DNA from: Minisyncoccota bacterium
GTDB taxonomy: Bacteria; Patescibacteriota; Minisyncoccia; Phycocordibacterales; CAIZLB01
Direction of reading: 5' to 3'
DNA length: 64,000 nucleotides
Assembly: GCA_021734945.1 (NCBI GenBank)
Contig: JAIPIA010000003.1
Span: forward strand, 28,895 to 92,894
Below, piece after piece: positions 38,292 through 49,800 of the stretch (position 1 is its first letter; the number at the start of each line of letters is the position of its first letter). Below the pieces are notes generated by a model. The model did not search any database, was not told the origin of the DNA, and worked only from the letters and a program-made list of their open reading frames with translations. The position numbers and the translations under genes were made by a program.

Positions 38292-39065
38292 TTACTTATT
38301 AAACATATCTGAGAATTGCACAATACTGTCTTTTAAAGAATCAACTTCAAACAATGCTGAACCGATCACTAATCGATCCGCACCTACATCAATCAATTTC
38401 TGAGCAGTGTTCATATTTACAGAACCGTCAACAGCAATGAACATGTATGGATACAACTCTTTTATTTTTTTAATATGATCAAGAACCTTTTCATCAAAAG
38501 CTTGTCGTTGGTATCCCACCTGATCAATACCCATACATTGCACCCAGTTAACAAATTTTGAACTAGAACCTACATTTGAATTACCCTGTAGAGCATGTTC
38601 TACTCCATCAATATATTTTGCTAATTTTTCGTAAGAAGAATTCATAGCAAAACCTACAACCATTTCTACGCCCTTCTCATCTATATTCTTTGCCAAGTTA
38701 ACAAATGCATCAAACTCAATACTGTCTATGTGAATAACAAGTCGCATAGCACCTGCAGCAATCCATCGGTCTACTTCGAAGACAGGATCTTTCACCATAA
38801 GATCTATTTCAAAACTTAATTCATCCCAATAAGGCATTGGCTCATCCTGTCGAACTATACTTGCAAAAATGCCCTTTTCGTCGTTGACGAATGGCCAAGT
38901 AGTATTTGGAGCATACATGCCGTCGACGACGTCTATTTGTACCCAATCAACAACTGAAGATATTTTTTGCAATTTTGAGACAAGATCCTTGTAGTCTTTT
39001 GTCAAAATTGCTGGAGTGACGTGAGTAGCAAGGACTGAACGTGCTTGATGGTATTCTCTATTCAT
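38292..39065 (-). CDS. rpe: Ribulose-phosphate 3-epimerase-like protein
   Basis: PAIL, QIDVVDG...PN, DLMV, MGI...GYQRQ, VDGSV, VIGSALF; lies in the pentose-phosphate operon. Confidence 0.85.
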   Translation of the reverse strand: MNREYHQARSVLATHVTPAILTKDYKDLVSKLQKISSVVDWVQIDVVDGMYAPNTTWPFVNDEKGIFASIVRQDEPMPYWDELSFEIDLMVKDPVFEVDRWIAAGAMRLVIHIDSIEFDAFVNLAKNIDEKGVEMVVGFAMNSSYEKLAKYIDGVEHALQGNSNVGSSSKFVNWVQCMGIDQVGYQRQAFDEKVLDHIKKIKELYPYMFIAVDGSVNMNTAQKLIDVGADRLVIGSALFEVDSLKDSIVQFSDMFNK

Positions 39066-39624
39066 ACAGTGTTTCGTTTTTGTTATGTTCAATAATATCT
39101 ATTTCGTGAATTCTCCGAACATGTCGCTCATCTCCAGAAAAAGGAATGTTAAGCCACTCAAGAACTAATTCTAGTGCTTGATCATGCGCAAGAAATCGTG
39201 CCCCAAGCGACAACACATTTGAATTGTTGTGTTCTCGACTGAGTCTGATTATCTCGAAAGCGGAGTCTCCACCATAACATATTGCACATCTCACATGTGG
39301 ATATTTATTGGCCACTATTGCTTCGCCAGTCCCTGAACCACCTATAACTATAGCCCTAGTTTCATTTTTTTGAGCGAGAGTATCTAAGTTGTCACTGTGA
39401 GGATCTGCACTCAGATTAAAAGAGTCTTCGTGCTGAGCAATATATACTGCCTCTGCTTCGGAAACAGCACGTGCAGCCTTTGCTATAAATGGTGGGTAGT
39501 CATCACCATCATGCTGTGCATAAGCACCACAGTCGATAACAGTATGGCCGACATGAGATAAAGATTCAATCAAAAAATCCTTAAGTTCAAAACCTGCGTG
39601 ATCTGATGCGATAAAGATGTTCAT
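39058..39624 (-). CDS. rpiB: Ribose-5-phosphate isomerase B
   Basis: SDHAG, DDYP, GGSGTGE (Glu-type), HNNSNVLSLGAR, RHVRRI. Confidence 0.93.
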   Translation of the reverse strand: MNIFIASDHAGFELKDFLIESLSHVGHTVIDCGAYAQHDGDDYPPFIAKAARAVSEAEAVYIAQHEDSFNLSADPHSDNLDTLAQKNETRAIVIGGSGTGEAIVANKYPHVRCAICYGGDSAFEIIRLSREHNNSNVLSLGARFLAHDQALELVLEWLNIPFSGDERHVRRIHEIDIIEHNKNETLYE

Positions 39625-39800
39625 ACTAGTGTGGATTAAATTTACTTCTCAAGTATACAATATCAGCTTGATTTTGTGCATTGCATTTATAACACTCATC
39701 AAACATACCCCTACTATACTAGTAAGGGTATGAAATAAACTTAAAATTTTTCTAAGATTTGATCCGCTGAAGAAGTAGTCTCCGCCCAGACCATTTTAAA

Positions 39801-40832
39801 CTAAACCAACTTCGCCGCTTCAACCACGTGCTGAATGAGCGCGTGAGTATATCCGCCTTCATTGTCATACCATGCGAGAACTTTTACGAGGTTTCCATCT
39901 ACTACTCGTGTCATCTTGAGGTCTGCGATAGATGCATGAGGATTTCCCACGATGTCTCGCGATACAAGCTCCTCGTCTGTCGCGTCAAAGATACCTTTCC
40001 AGTTAGCACTCGCAGCAGCATCTCGGAGAATCTGGTTTACTTCTTCTACAGTCGTAGGTCGCTTTGAGATAAAAGTGACATCACAAAGTGAACCTGTGAT
40101 AACAGGCACTCGAACTGAAATACCATCAAACTTTCCAGCGAGCTCAGTGATAACTTGAGTCACGGCTTTGGCAGCACCTGTTGATGATGGGGCCATGTTC
40201 ATAGCAGCAGCTCTTCCCTCTCGCCAATCTTTTTTGTTTGGAGCATCTACAAGCGATTGACTTGCTGTGTATGCATGAGTTGTATTGAGAATAGCTTTTT
40301 CAACACCTATAGTGTTGTTGAGAATAGAGATAAGTGGTGACGCAGCGTTTGTTGTACAAGACGCATTTGATGACACTGCACATGTTGGTAGTGCAGGAGT
40401 GTTGATACCCATGAGAACTGTTACAGCCTGCTGTGCACCAGCTTCGTCTTTTGATGGAGCTGATATAACTACACGCTTCGCACCAGCTTTGATATGAGCA
40501 CTCGCTTTTTCGTATGATGTAAAAAGTCCTGTTGATTCGAGAACTATGTCCACTCCAAGTGCAGCCCATGGAAGATTCGCAGGATCTTTTTCACTTACAT
40601 ACTTCACTTCTTTTCCATTAATGATAAAAGAGTTTTTTTCTTTATCAACTTTGATGTCGAGATTTGATCGTCCATACGCACTGTCATACTTCATGAGGTA
40701 TGCAATGTTTCCGATATCCGCGAGGTCATTGATAGCAACTACTTCGAGTGATGGCTCCATAACTGCTAGTTTGAGAAATGCTCGTCCGATTCGTCCTCCT
40801 CCGTTAATTGCTACTTTTTTGATTGTACTCAT
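39801..40832 (-). CDS. gap: Type I glyceraldehyde-3-phosphate dehydrogenase
   Basis: INGGGRIGR, SNASCTTN, WYDNE. Confidence 0.97.
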   Translation of the reverse strand: MSTIKKVAINGGGRIGRAFLKLAVMEPSLEVVAINDLADIGNIAYLMKYDSAYGRSNLDIKVDKEKNSFIINGKEVKYVSEKDPANLPWAALGVDIVLESTGLFTSYEKASAHIKAGAKRVVISAPSKDEAGAQQAVTVLMGINTPALPTCAVSSNASCTTNAASPLISILNNTIGVEKAILNTTHAYTASQSLVDAPNKKDWREGRAAAMNMAPSSTGAAKAVTQVITELAGKFDGISVRVPVITGSLCDVTFISKRPTTVEEVNQILRDAAASANWKGIFDATDEELVSRDIVGNPHASIADLKMTRVVDGNLVKVLAWYDNEGGYTHALIQHVVEAAKLV

Positions 40833-41008
40833 ATGTATGGTGTACGCGCGTGCCGAGTTGATATCTGTTTTGGTATCTGACTGATATGTATCTTGGCTTA
40901 TCTGCGCTTCTGTAAATTAAAGCTTATATGCTTTATATTATATCAGTTTTGAGAAAGTTTGCTGTGGTTTTTAAGGGATGGCGTGGGACTTTTTACAGAC
41001 AGCCTACC

Positions 41009-43261
41009 CTACTTCCCGAGGTTGTAGAGAGATTTGATTTCGGAAGCGGAGAGTGCGCGGTTGTAAATACGGATATCGTCGAGAGAGCCTTTGAAATAAG
41101 AGCTAGACGCCCCTGCTCGTCTTCCTATCGCAAAAGCATTAGCTCCTGCGGCCCAATTGATATCAGGACTTGTGCTAGTTTCCGAAACATCAACTCCGTT
41201 AATATATATCTTTAGTGTTGATACCCCATCATACGTCATAGTGACAAAATACCATTGATTAGATGAAAGTGTAATTGATGTTCTAGCTCGAATCTCACCT
41301 GTAGTATAGTTAGGCTGATAAAAACCAACCAATTTTCCATCAGTTCCACTTACAACTATTCCGAACCCCTTTGTGGCACCCGAAGAATCACCTTTTTGCA
41401 TAATGCGAAGATAGTTAGTTGTAAGATCTTGGGAATTAATCCAAAATGAAGCGGTCATAGTAGTGAGACTGTCCAAAGGGGTTGTGTCTGCAGAAACATA
41501 ATCATTCGTTCCATCAAAACTCAGTGCCTGCCCCATTTTACCAATAGCTGGCGTTGGACCATTTGTGAGTGTTCCATTATTTCCACTTCCACTCCTGTCA
41601 TACGCAGTTGTCGTACCATTCATATCTTTTCCATCAAAAGACCAGAGGCCGACGAGGCCGGTGTCTAGGGAGGAGGATGTGGTGTTTCGTGAAGCATTAA
41701 CTGTCGCAGTCCCGCGATTATAGAGAGATTTGATTTCGGAAGCGGAGAGTGCGCGGTTATAAATGCGGACTTCATCGATAGAAGCATTTAAATAATTACT
41801 TGCCGCATGTGGTATTCTTCCAACATTTACATTTCCTGCAACAGATGTAGCGAGATTGAAATTTCCACCAACCCCTGTTGAATTTTGTCCATCAATGTAA
41901 ATAAGAGAACCACCTGCACCTGCTGTATATGACATTATTACATGGTGCCATTTACCGTCAGCTATAGTATTAACACCTGAATCTATAGCTGATCCATTTT
42001 GTGTAAAAACAACTTTTCCACCCTGATACACACCTAAAGCAAAAACCCCATTACTACCAGTTCCATACCCAAAAGCATAAAGATCGCCAGTACCTGTATA
42101 TGTCGTCTTGATCCAAAAAGCGACCGATCTACTTACTGAACCAGCGGGTAGATTGGCAGCTGATGCACTAACATAATCATTCGTCCCATCAAAACTCAGT
42201 GCCTGACCCATTTTGCCGACAGTTGTCACTGGTCCATTCGTCAGTGTCCCGTTATTACCACTTCCACTCCTATCATACGCCGTCGTACCGTTCATATCCT
42301 TTCCATCAAAAGACCAGAGGCCGACGAGGCCAGTGTCGAGAGTAGAATTTGTGCCGTTTTGAGATGAGTTAACTTTTTGCGCACCGGTATTGTAGAGCGA
42401 GGTGACTTCTGTGGCGGAGAGAGCGCGGTTGTAGATACGAACCTCATCGATCTTTCCACTGAATATGTTTCCTGTGTTGGGATAGTATCCAATATACACA
42501 TTTGAGCTTACAGTAGGAGTAACCGCAGCAACACCGGCTGAAAAATTTAATGACTGCTGAACATTATCTACATATAACTTTAACCTATTTGCATCACCTG
42601 TTTGGGTCCCATCATATACCATGACAACATAATGCCAGACATTTGCAGTAATAATATTATTTGAAGTATATCCGTAACCTGTACCTCCATTTGTTGAAAC
42701 TCTGACAACAATATCATCTACACTTGCTAAATCGCCCGCCAAGAGCATATCTATACCATTTGCATTATCAAATTTTGAAATAATAGCATCATACCTAACA
42801 CCTCCTGTTCTATATATCCAAGCTGAGTAGGTCACTCCAGTTTTACCATGCAAAGCTGTTATATTTCCCGCATCAACATAATCATTTATTCCATCAAAAT
42901 TGAGTCCACCTCCAAGCTTTCCATTCCCCCATCCGCTTGTTGCTGTAGCTGGCGCCGCCATGTTGGTAAGTGTCCCTGTATTTCCATTTCCGGAAAAATC
43001 TGTGGCTTTGGTTGAGGTGGCGTCGTTCATAGACCAGTAGCCGACGAGACCAAGGTTGTTCGCAGGCTTTACCAATGTAGCAGCATCAGCTGTCTGAGGG
43101 AAAAATAGCACCCCGACAAATGCACTAACAAACACACCGACTGCGACAACAGCGAACAATCCACGAACAGCATGCATACTATATATATGCATATCCAACT
43201 TAGTGAATGCTCTGTGTACTGTTTTTTGCAATTTGTAAAATGTGTTAAATGTGTTTGTCAT
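41009..43261 (-). CDS. Secreted protein with three LamG-like (concanavalin A fold) domains
   Basis: Signal peptide ending ADA; three units of GLVGxWSxD...DxSGxGNxGTL...FDGxNDYV...W(H/Y)...D(E/D)(V/I)RIYNRALS. Confidence 0.9.
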   Translation of the reverse strand: MTNTFNTFYKLQKTVHRAFTKLDMHIYSMHAVRGLFAVVAVGVFVSAFVGVLFFPQTADAATLVKPANNLGLVGYWSMNDATSTKATDFSGNGNTGTLTNMAAPATATSGWGNGKLGGGLNFDGINDYVDAGNITALHGKTGVTYSAWIYRTGGVRYDAIISKFDNANGIDMLLAGDLASVDDIVVRVSTNGGTGYGYTSNNIITANVWHYVVMVYDGTQTGDANRLKLYVDNVQQSLNFSAGVAAVTPTVSSNVYIGYYPNTGNIFSGKIDEVRIYNRALSATEVTSLYNTGAQKVNSSQNGTNSTLDTGLVGLWSFDGKDMNGTTAYDRSGSGNNGTLTNGPVTTVGKMGQALSFDGTNDYVSASAANLPAGSVSRSVAFWIKTTYTGTGDLYAFGYGTGSNGVFALGVYQGGKVVFTQNGSAIDSGVNTIADGKWHHVIMSYTAGAGGSLIYIDGQNSTGVGGNFNLATSVAGNVNVGRIPHAASNYLNASIDEVRIYNRALSASEIKSLYNRGTATVNASRNTTSSSLDTGLVGLWSFDGKDMNGTTTAYDRSGSGNNGTLTNGPTPAIGKMGQALSFDGTNDYVSADTTPLDSLTTMTASFWINSQDLTTNYLRIMQKGDSSGATKGFGIVVSGTDGKLVGFYQPNYTTGEIRARTSITLSSNQWYFVTMTYDGVSTLKIYINGVDVSETSTSPDINWAAGANAFAIGRRAGASSSYFKGSLDDIRIYNRALSASEIKSLYNLGK
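41025..42337. repeat. Near-identical DNA repeats forming the LamG domain frameworks
   Basis: 41025-41062 = 41721-41758 (38/38); 41495-41539 vs 42170-42214 (43/45); 41619-41665 vs 42291-42337 (45/47). Confidence 0.9.
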
Positions 43262-43273
43262 GTTTGTGTTTAT

Positions 43274-43858
43274 TTATTTGAACTCCCATGTCGCAAACAT
43301 ACCCTTGAGTAGATCATCGAATCTGCTGTAGGTACTTATCTGATATAAATTATCTTTATATATAAACCACACCTCTCGCGAATCACCATTGAACGCACCA
43401 TTGTCACTCTTGAATGCTAGACCTTTGTAGCTTTTACCAATCTCAAGCACTTGGTCATCAGTGATTTTCAAGTCGGGTATCGCTGATTGAACCATATCTT
43501 TTGTCAGAACCTTTACACCTTTTTCATCATATGGAGATACCACAATCTGTACACCCTCACTCTTAGAATTTTCAAATACAATAGTATGAGTACCATTCAC
43601 ATCAGACTCTCTTGTTGTAAAATCCTCTGGAATATTTAACGAAAATCCATACGCACTACTCGTGTAGTTTTTTGTAAGTGGAGGAACAACGTATGGCGCA
43701 GTTTTTTCTACCCCGTCGGCATTTGCACCACCAACCCGATTCGCTTCCCTATTATGCACTATATATATGTATGCCAAAGAAATAAAGCACACGCAAAGCG
43801 CAACGCCCAACGCGAGTATAATCCAATTTTTCTTGTGAATGTTTGATATATATTTCAT
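43274..43858 (-). CDS. Membrane-anchored hypothetical protein (PsbP-like fold possible)
   Basis: N-terminal TM; YGFSLNIP...NLYQIS...TWEF pattern. Confidence 0.6.
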   Translation of the reverse strand: MKYISNIHKKNWIILALGVALCVCFISLAYIYIVHNREANRVGGANADGVEKTAPYVVPPLTKNYTSSAYGFSLNIPEDFTTRESDVNGTHTIVFENSKSEGVQIVVSPYDEKGVKVLTKDMVQSAIPDLKITDDQVLEIGKSYKGLAFKSDNGAFNGDSREVWFIYKDNLYQISTYSRFDDLLKGMFATWEFK

Positions 43859-43867
43859 AGATTATTT

Positions 43868-46800
43868 TTATTGTACTGAGCCATCAGACGCTGGAGCGGG
43901 TGTAACTGCGGGTGCGGGATCTGGAGCAGGAGCAGGATTTGGTGTGGGCGCTGATACAGGTTCAGCGACAGGTGTTGGCGTAGGCTCAGGTGCAACTTCA
44001 GGTGTAGGAGTGTCGACAGGTGCTGGATCTGAAGCTGGTATCGTGTCGGACGATGATGTAGTTGTTACATCAGAAGTTGAAGATTCATCGGCGCTCGTTG
44101 TATCAGGGTTTGAATCTGGAGTTACTGTGGTTTCTGTTGATGGTGTCGGCGGAACTGATGATGTAGTGGTCACAGGCGGAGTAGGCGCAGGAGCAGATGT
44201 CTGTGGAATCACCATCACTGACCCAGAATTAAGTAGCATTTGTTTAAATTGATCTTTTGAAACGCAAACATCATCTACACAAACCATACCTTTAATATTT
44301 ATACGATCACCCTTTGGACTAAACCATCCGAGTATTGCATCCACTCGAGTTTTCAAATCTTTTACCGCCTCTACTACAAGAGCCACCATGTTGGCGTAGT
44401 TGAGCGACTTATATTCACCACCATCTCGCACGAGTTCTGGAACTATTTTTTCTACGTCTTGTGCAATAAATCCAATTTCAGTTGATGAGCCGAATCGTAG
44501 CTTATCTTTCCATCCGAATGTAACACCTTGCAACTTCATTACCTTATCAAGCGCACTTTCTATTGGCTTGATGTCCTCCTTAAGTCGAATATCAGATGGT
44601 GTCAAAATGATGTTTCCATTTGCGTCAGCAGAAAGCGACGCTCCACCCACAAGGTTTGTAGCGTTGATAGTACCCACAACTGAAAATGCAGATACAGGAG
44701 TTGTCGTACCTACACCGAGTCTGAGAGTATTCACGGCACCTGCACCATTTGAAAGACCATACACTGTAAGCATAGGATTTCCACCAAGCTGCGCAGTGTA
44801 ACTCTGAACTGTTCCAGAAGCTGAAGCGGATGTAACTGGCATATCAACCCAACTAATCATTCCAGAGTCAGATTCAAATGTCATTGCGCCAAGTGACGCG
44901 TTTGCAATATTTGTAAGACCTGACGCCCAGTTGTATGTAAGTGCACCATTACCCACATTCAAACCTCCGGCAAATGTAGATGTTGCTGTGGTTGATCCAG
45001 AAGTGAATAGGTCTGCGTATGATTCACCTACTACTGTGAGTTTTGCATATGGAGTTGATGAACCAATACCCACGTTTCCATTTGCACCAACTATGAACAA
45101 TGATGATGTCGCGAACCCCGCTGATGTTGTAGATGCAATGTCAAAAAGTGGAGTTGTTGAGCCAAAAGCTTGCTGAATTGAAAGTTTTGCCCACGGAGCA
45201 GTTGAGCCAGTGACAATACCCAGTCCGACCTTACCCAAATTCACAAAGAGATCACCTCGACCTATAGTCAGATTTTTATCAAAGAAACCGCTCGCTGAAA
45301 GAACGTCCTGTCCACTACTGACAGATATATTGTCAATAGTGGAGTATGCGCCACCCATAGCGATATATCTCACATACAAAGGAGAGTTAGTCACACCGCT
45401 TGCCGTACCGTCATATAGTCTTGTCCATGTATCACCAGCATTTGAACTTATGTAATATGATGCTCCATTTGGTGATAGAGAAATCTTAATCTTATATGGT
45501 GCACCTCCTGTCCATGTTCCAACACTTCCACCTATCTGGCTACCATTTTGATAGATATACAAATTACCATCGTTTGAAAAAAATATAGCATGAGGCATGT
45601 TGGTATACGCAAGGGCTGTGGCGCTTGAAAACCCTACCACAACAACACTTGTGGCAGTTACATCTGCAGTAAGAGTAGTAGAACTGGCCCGACGATATGA
45701 CTGTGTGCTAGTCAGACCTTCTGACGTGTAACTACCCGCACCAAGAAATCTGAGTGCCCCAGAAACGAGGGTTGCGCTTGAACCTGTAACAGTCCAGTTG
45801 GCGGTACTGACAGATGAGCCATCGAAAGTTTCAGAGAACTGGACGAAATCTCCCAGACCACTCACACCGCCCAATATTGGTCCAAGGAAGTTTGCTCCAC
45901 CAACCACTGCGAGTTTTGTTGCAGGCGTTGTAGTACCAATCCCCACATTCCCATTCGCAAGCACTGAGAATAGTGATGTACCTGTAGACGAAGCTACATT
46001 GAATGGATTAACTCCAGATGAGCCTTGTACATTGAATGTGTATGTTGAAGATGTTGCGTTTACACCAGATACAGTTCCATTATCTAGTAGAAGTCCTGTT
46101 GAAAGAGCAGATGATGAAGTCCATCGAGCAAGGTATCCGTCTGTTCCACCTGAGAGTGAGCCCCCTCCACCACTAATACCAAGTGTTGATGTAGCCACCC
46201 ACTGCGTTCCTGTACCAGTTGTTTGAAGTACCATACCCGCTGTACCACTCGCATTTGAAGAATCAAAAAGTGCACCAGTGAGTTGCATGTTACCAGCAAT
46301 AGAAAGCTTTTGAGATGGGGTTGTAGTGCCGAGACCTAGACCAGTTGATGCAATCGTTATCTTGGATGCATCATTAGGCCCTATCATTACAGTTGTGGCG
46401 ATAGTGTTGGTTATAGAGTTACCAATAACTGTCGCACTACCTGCAGTCACTGTGTTACCATAACCTATAGCGAGATTATATCCAGCACCACTCACGGAGT
46501 TCTGCATACCATATGCAGCTCCCGCCTCAGCTGATACATTGTTTAGACGACCAACAGCGACAGCACTCTGACCCGAAACAGTATTTTGATTTCCGATAGA
46601 AGCAGAATATTGCCAAGCTGAGTTATCTGTACCAAGTGCAGTTCCATATGTACCCGTTACGGAATTATAACGACCAACAGTGACGCCATATTGACCTGAA
46701 GTAAGATTGTTTAGACCAACAGCCACAGACTCGATTCCAGAGGCAACCTTATCTGCTGAAACATGTTGTGATTGAATATCGAGAGAAAGCGAACCACGAG

Positions 46801-49800
46801 AATTTCCATCTACTGCTCCGATTATAACGGAGCCGTTAGTGCTTGATGCCACGCTCAATGAACCAGCCAATGTCAAAACTGCGGCAGTCTGAGTACTTGT
46901 ACCTATACTAACTTTTCCAGTCGTGTAGTAAATATCAGAACCAGATGTCGTCCAAGGGCTTGCTCCCCCTCCACTAATACCAAGCGTAGATGTAGCCACC
47001 CATGTCGGTGCGGATGTGCCGTTTGAAAGGAGCACCATACCTGTTGTACCAGAGCTTCCATTTGCACGAAGTGCACCTGTGAAGTTAATGTCGCCGGCTA
47101 CTGTGAGTGGGAATGATGGAGATGTTGTAGCAATTCCTACATTGCCCTGTGTGAAATATACACCACCTGTTCCTGTAGCGGCAATTGTAATACCTCCATT
47201 AAGATTTGTTGGGGTAATGGTATTACCCGCAATTCTTAAAAATCCAAGATCAGCTCCGTTTGTTAGTGCAATTGGTGTAGCATCTGACGTTGTAATTGTT
47301 TTTCCTGCACTCAATCGTAGATTACCTTTCAATAAAATCTGACCTGTTCCGGAAGGATTCAATTCGAGGTCTCCAGTACCCGCAGACTTAAATACTAGGT
47401 TTTGGTTACTATCAGCTGTAACAGTTACGTTATTTGAATTGTCTGTCTGCAATACTTTTTGTCCATTTACATAAAGTGACCCTGGACCTATATATACGTC
47501 TCTCCACATTCGACTTGGTGTACCTAATCTATATGTATCATCAACACCTGGAATAAGGTCTCCGGACAATAATACATCTGTAGTAATTGTTGACGTACCT
47601 GTACCGAGAACATTTAATACACCTCCCGTTGTAAGGTTACTTGTAAAATTACCTGCACCCACAACGCTGAGTGCTGAAGCTGGAGTTGTCGTACCAATAC
47701 CAATATTTCCATTTGATAAGAATAGAGTTGATGTACCTACAGCTGTATCTGTTCCACTAAAGAATGCAAACTGACCTGTAGTTCCAGTAAGTGAACCTCC
47801 TCCTCCAGATATACCAAGTGTAGATGTCGCTACCCATGTAGGTGCTGAGCCTGTACCGCTTGAAAGGAGTACCATACCTGTAGTTCCGGCACTATTATTA
47901 AAATACGTAGCACCTGTTGCACCAATTTTAAAGAGTGATGCATTTGTCGACGAAGCGAGATTAAGCAAATCTGTCGTTCCTGCATTACCTGTAATAGCAA
48001 GTCGTGCAGTTGGAGTTGTGGTACCAATACCAACATCTCCAGTTCCTGCCTTTACTATAAACTTTGTTGTATATGATGGATATGGATAACTAACTAGTGT
48101 AGTAGACTGGTCAACAGTGAAATCACTGGCTGCACCAGTAAAGACTCCTAGTGAAGCTGTTCCCTGCCCTAAAGTCATGCCTAGTCCCGCAAAATATGAT
48201 GGCGTACCATTAGTACCATACACAAGTAATTTTGGACCGAGTGAACCACCAAGATCTAATTGTGCTTGAGGACTTGTGGTATTAATACCCAAATTACCAC
48301 TTATTCCTACGTTCCCTGAAGTGAATGAAATATTCGCCCCACTTGTAGTCCACTGACTGCCTGTGATACCAAGAGAACTTGTTGCCACAAGATTATATCC
48401 ACCTGATGCATTACCAAGGAGTAATTGCCCTAATGATGGTGCAGTTGTTGTTCCTGTGCCACCACGCGCAATAGCAAGTACACCACTTGATATATTTGTA
48501 GCACTAAGTGATGTGATTCCTGAACCATTACCTGTAAATGTATTTGAACCAATATTGATATTTCCAAATCCTGAGCCAATAGATCCTGATGTGAGTGTGC
48601 CAACTGTAGCAAGAGTACTCGCAGAAGTAAGCCCAGCGAGAGTTGTGATATTAGGTAGAGATGTTGTTGCTGAAAGCACCTCATTTACCCTCGCATCAGC
48701 TCTTGTGTTTGTAAAGTAAAGATTAGAACCTTCGATGAAGTCTGATGTTGAGAATGAAGATGTAGCCACTGCTCCAGAGAATCCACCAATTGAAGTTACA
48801 CCAGTTGAGTTAAGAGTATTACCGCTCCAAGCAAGACCTGTACCTGCAGTGATTCGCGTTGAAGGAGTTTGATAAAAGACAGACAAGTTTGTTGTTGATG
48901 CAGAGAGAGCTGTGGTAGATGCGTTCAGAGTATTAGTTGTTGAAGTGAGGCCAGCAATTGAAGCAATAGAACTCGCCCACTCTGTTGTGCTTGCGTTAAG
49001 TGGAATATTGTAACCTGATGTAAGTGATGTGATTCCTGTGCTGTTGTCGTATGTGAGGCCAGTTGCGATGGTTGAAAAAGCAGCACGAGTTGTTGATGTT
49101 GAGAAAGATGCTCCAGCTGAAATACCAGTGAGTTGCGATCCATCACCATAAAAAACTGAGGCTGTGATTGTATTATCTGAAGTTATTGGGCCAACAAAAG
49201 TAGATGTTGCAGTTGATGTAGCTACGATTGAAGCAAATATATTTGAGTAAGATGATCCTCCTGAAAGTTGTGAAATTTGCTCGGCTAATGGTGCAACTGC
49301 GGCATTGATGCTTGCAGCCGTTGAACGTGATGTGTCAGCAGGAACTGTATATGCGCTACCTCCAGTGTATGTATTATAAAAATTCTGAGTAATCTCTTGT
49401 GTGGTTGTTCTATTCGTTGACTGAGTCTCCAACTGATACAATCTTGCCAAAATATTTTGTACCAGTGGTGATGCATATAAATTTACTGAAACTATATTTT
49501 TATTTTGAACAGGTTGAACAGACTGATTTATTTTTGGTGTAATACCTTGAATTACCGACGGAGATACGCTCGTAGAAGTCTTTGACGGTGTTGAGATTTG
49601 CTGTGTAGAAGTTGATTTGCTACTAAAATTATTAACAATTATTGATGTTGCAATACTTTCATTTTTAATAAAAAATGGAGTCAAAACATCTGCTGTTTTA
49701 TCTATTGCAAATCCAAACATTTTTTCCAAGCCAAAATTTATTGACGACGATACAGAAGCTGATTGGTTAGATACCTGTTTCGAAACATTCTCATTCACAA

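Noticed and set aside
41009-43261. LamG repeats as a DGR template/variable repeat pair
   Set aside because: No reverse transcriptase is in the window, all copies are coding, and the mismatches are not adenine-specific.
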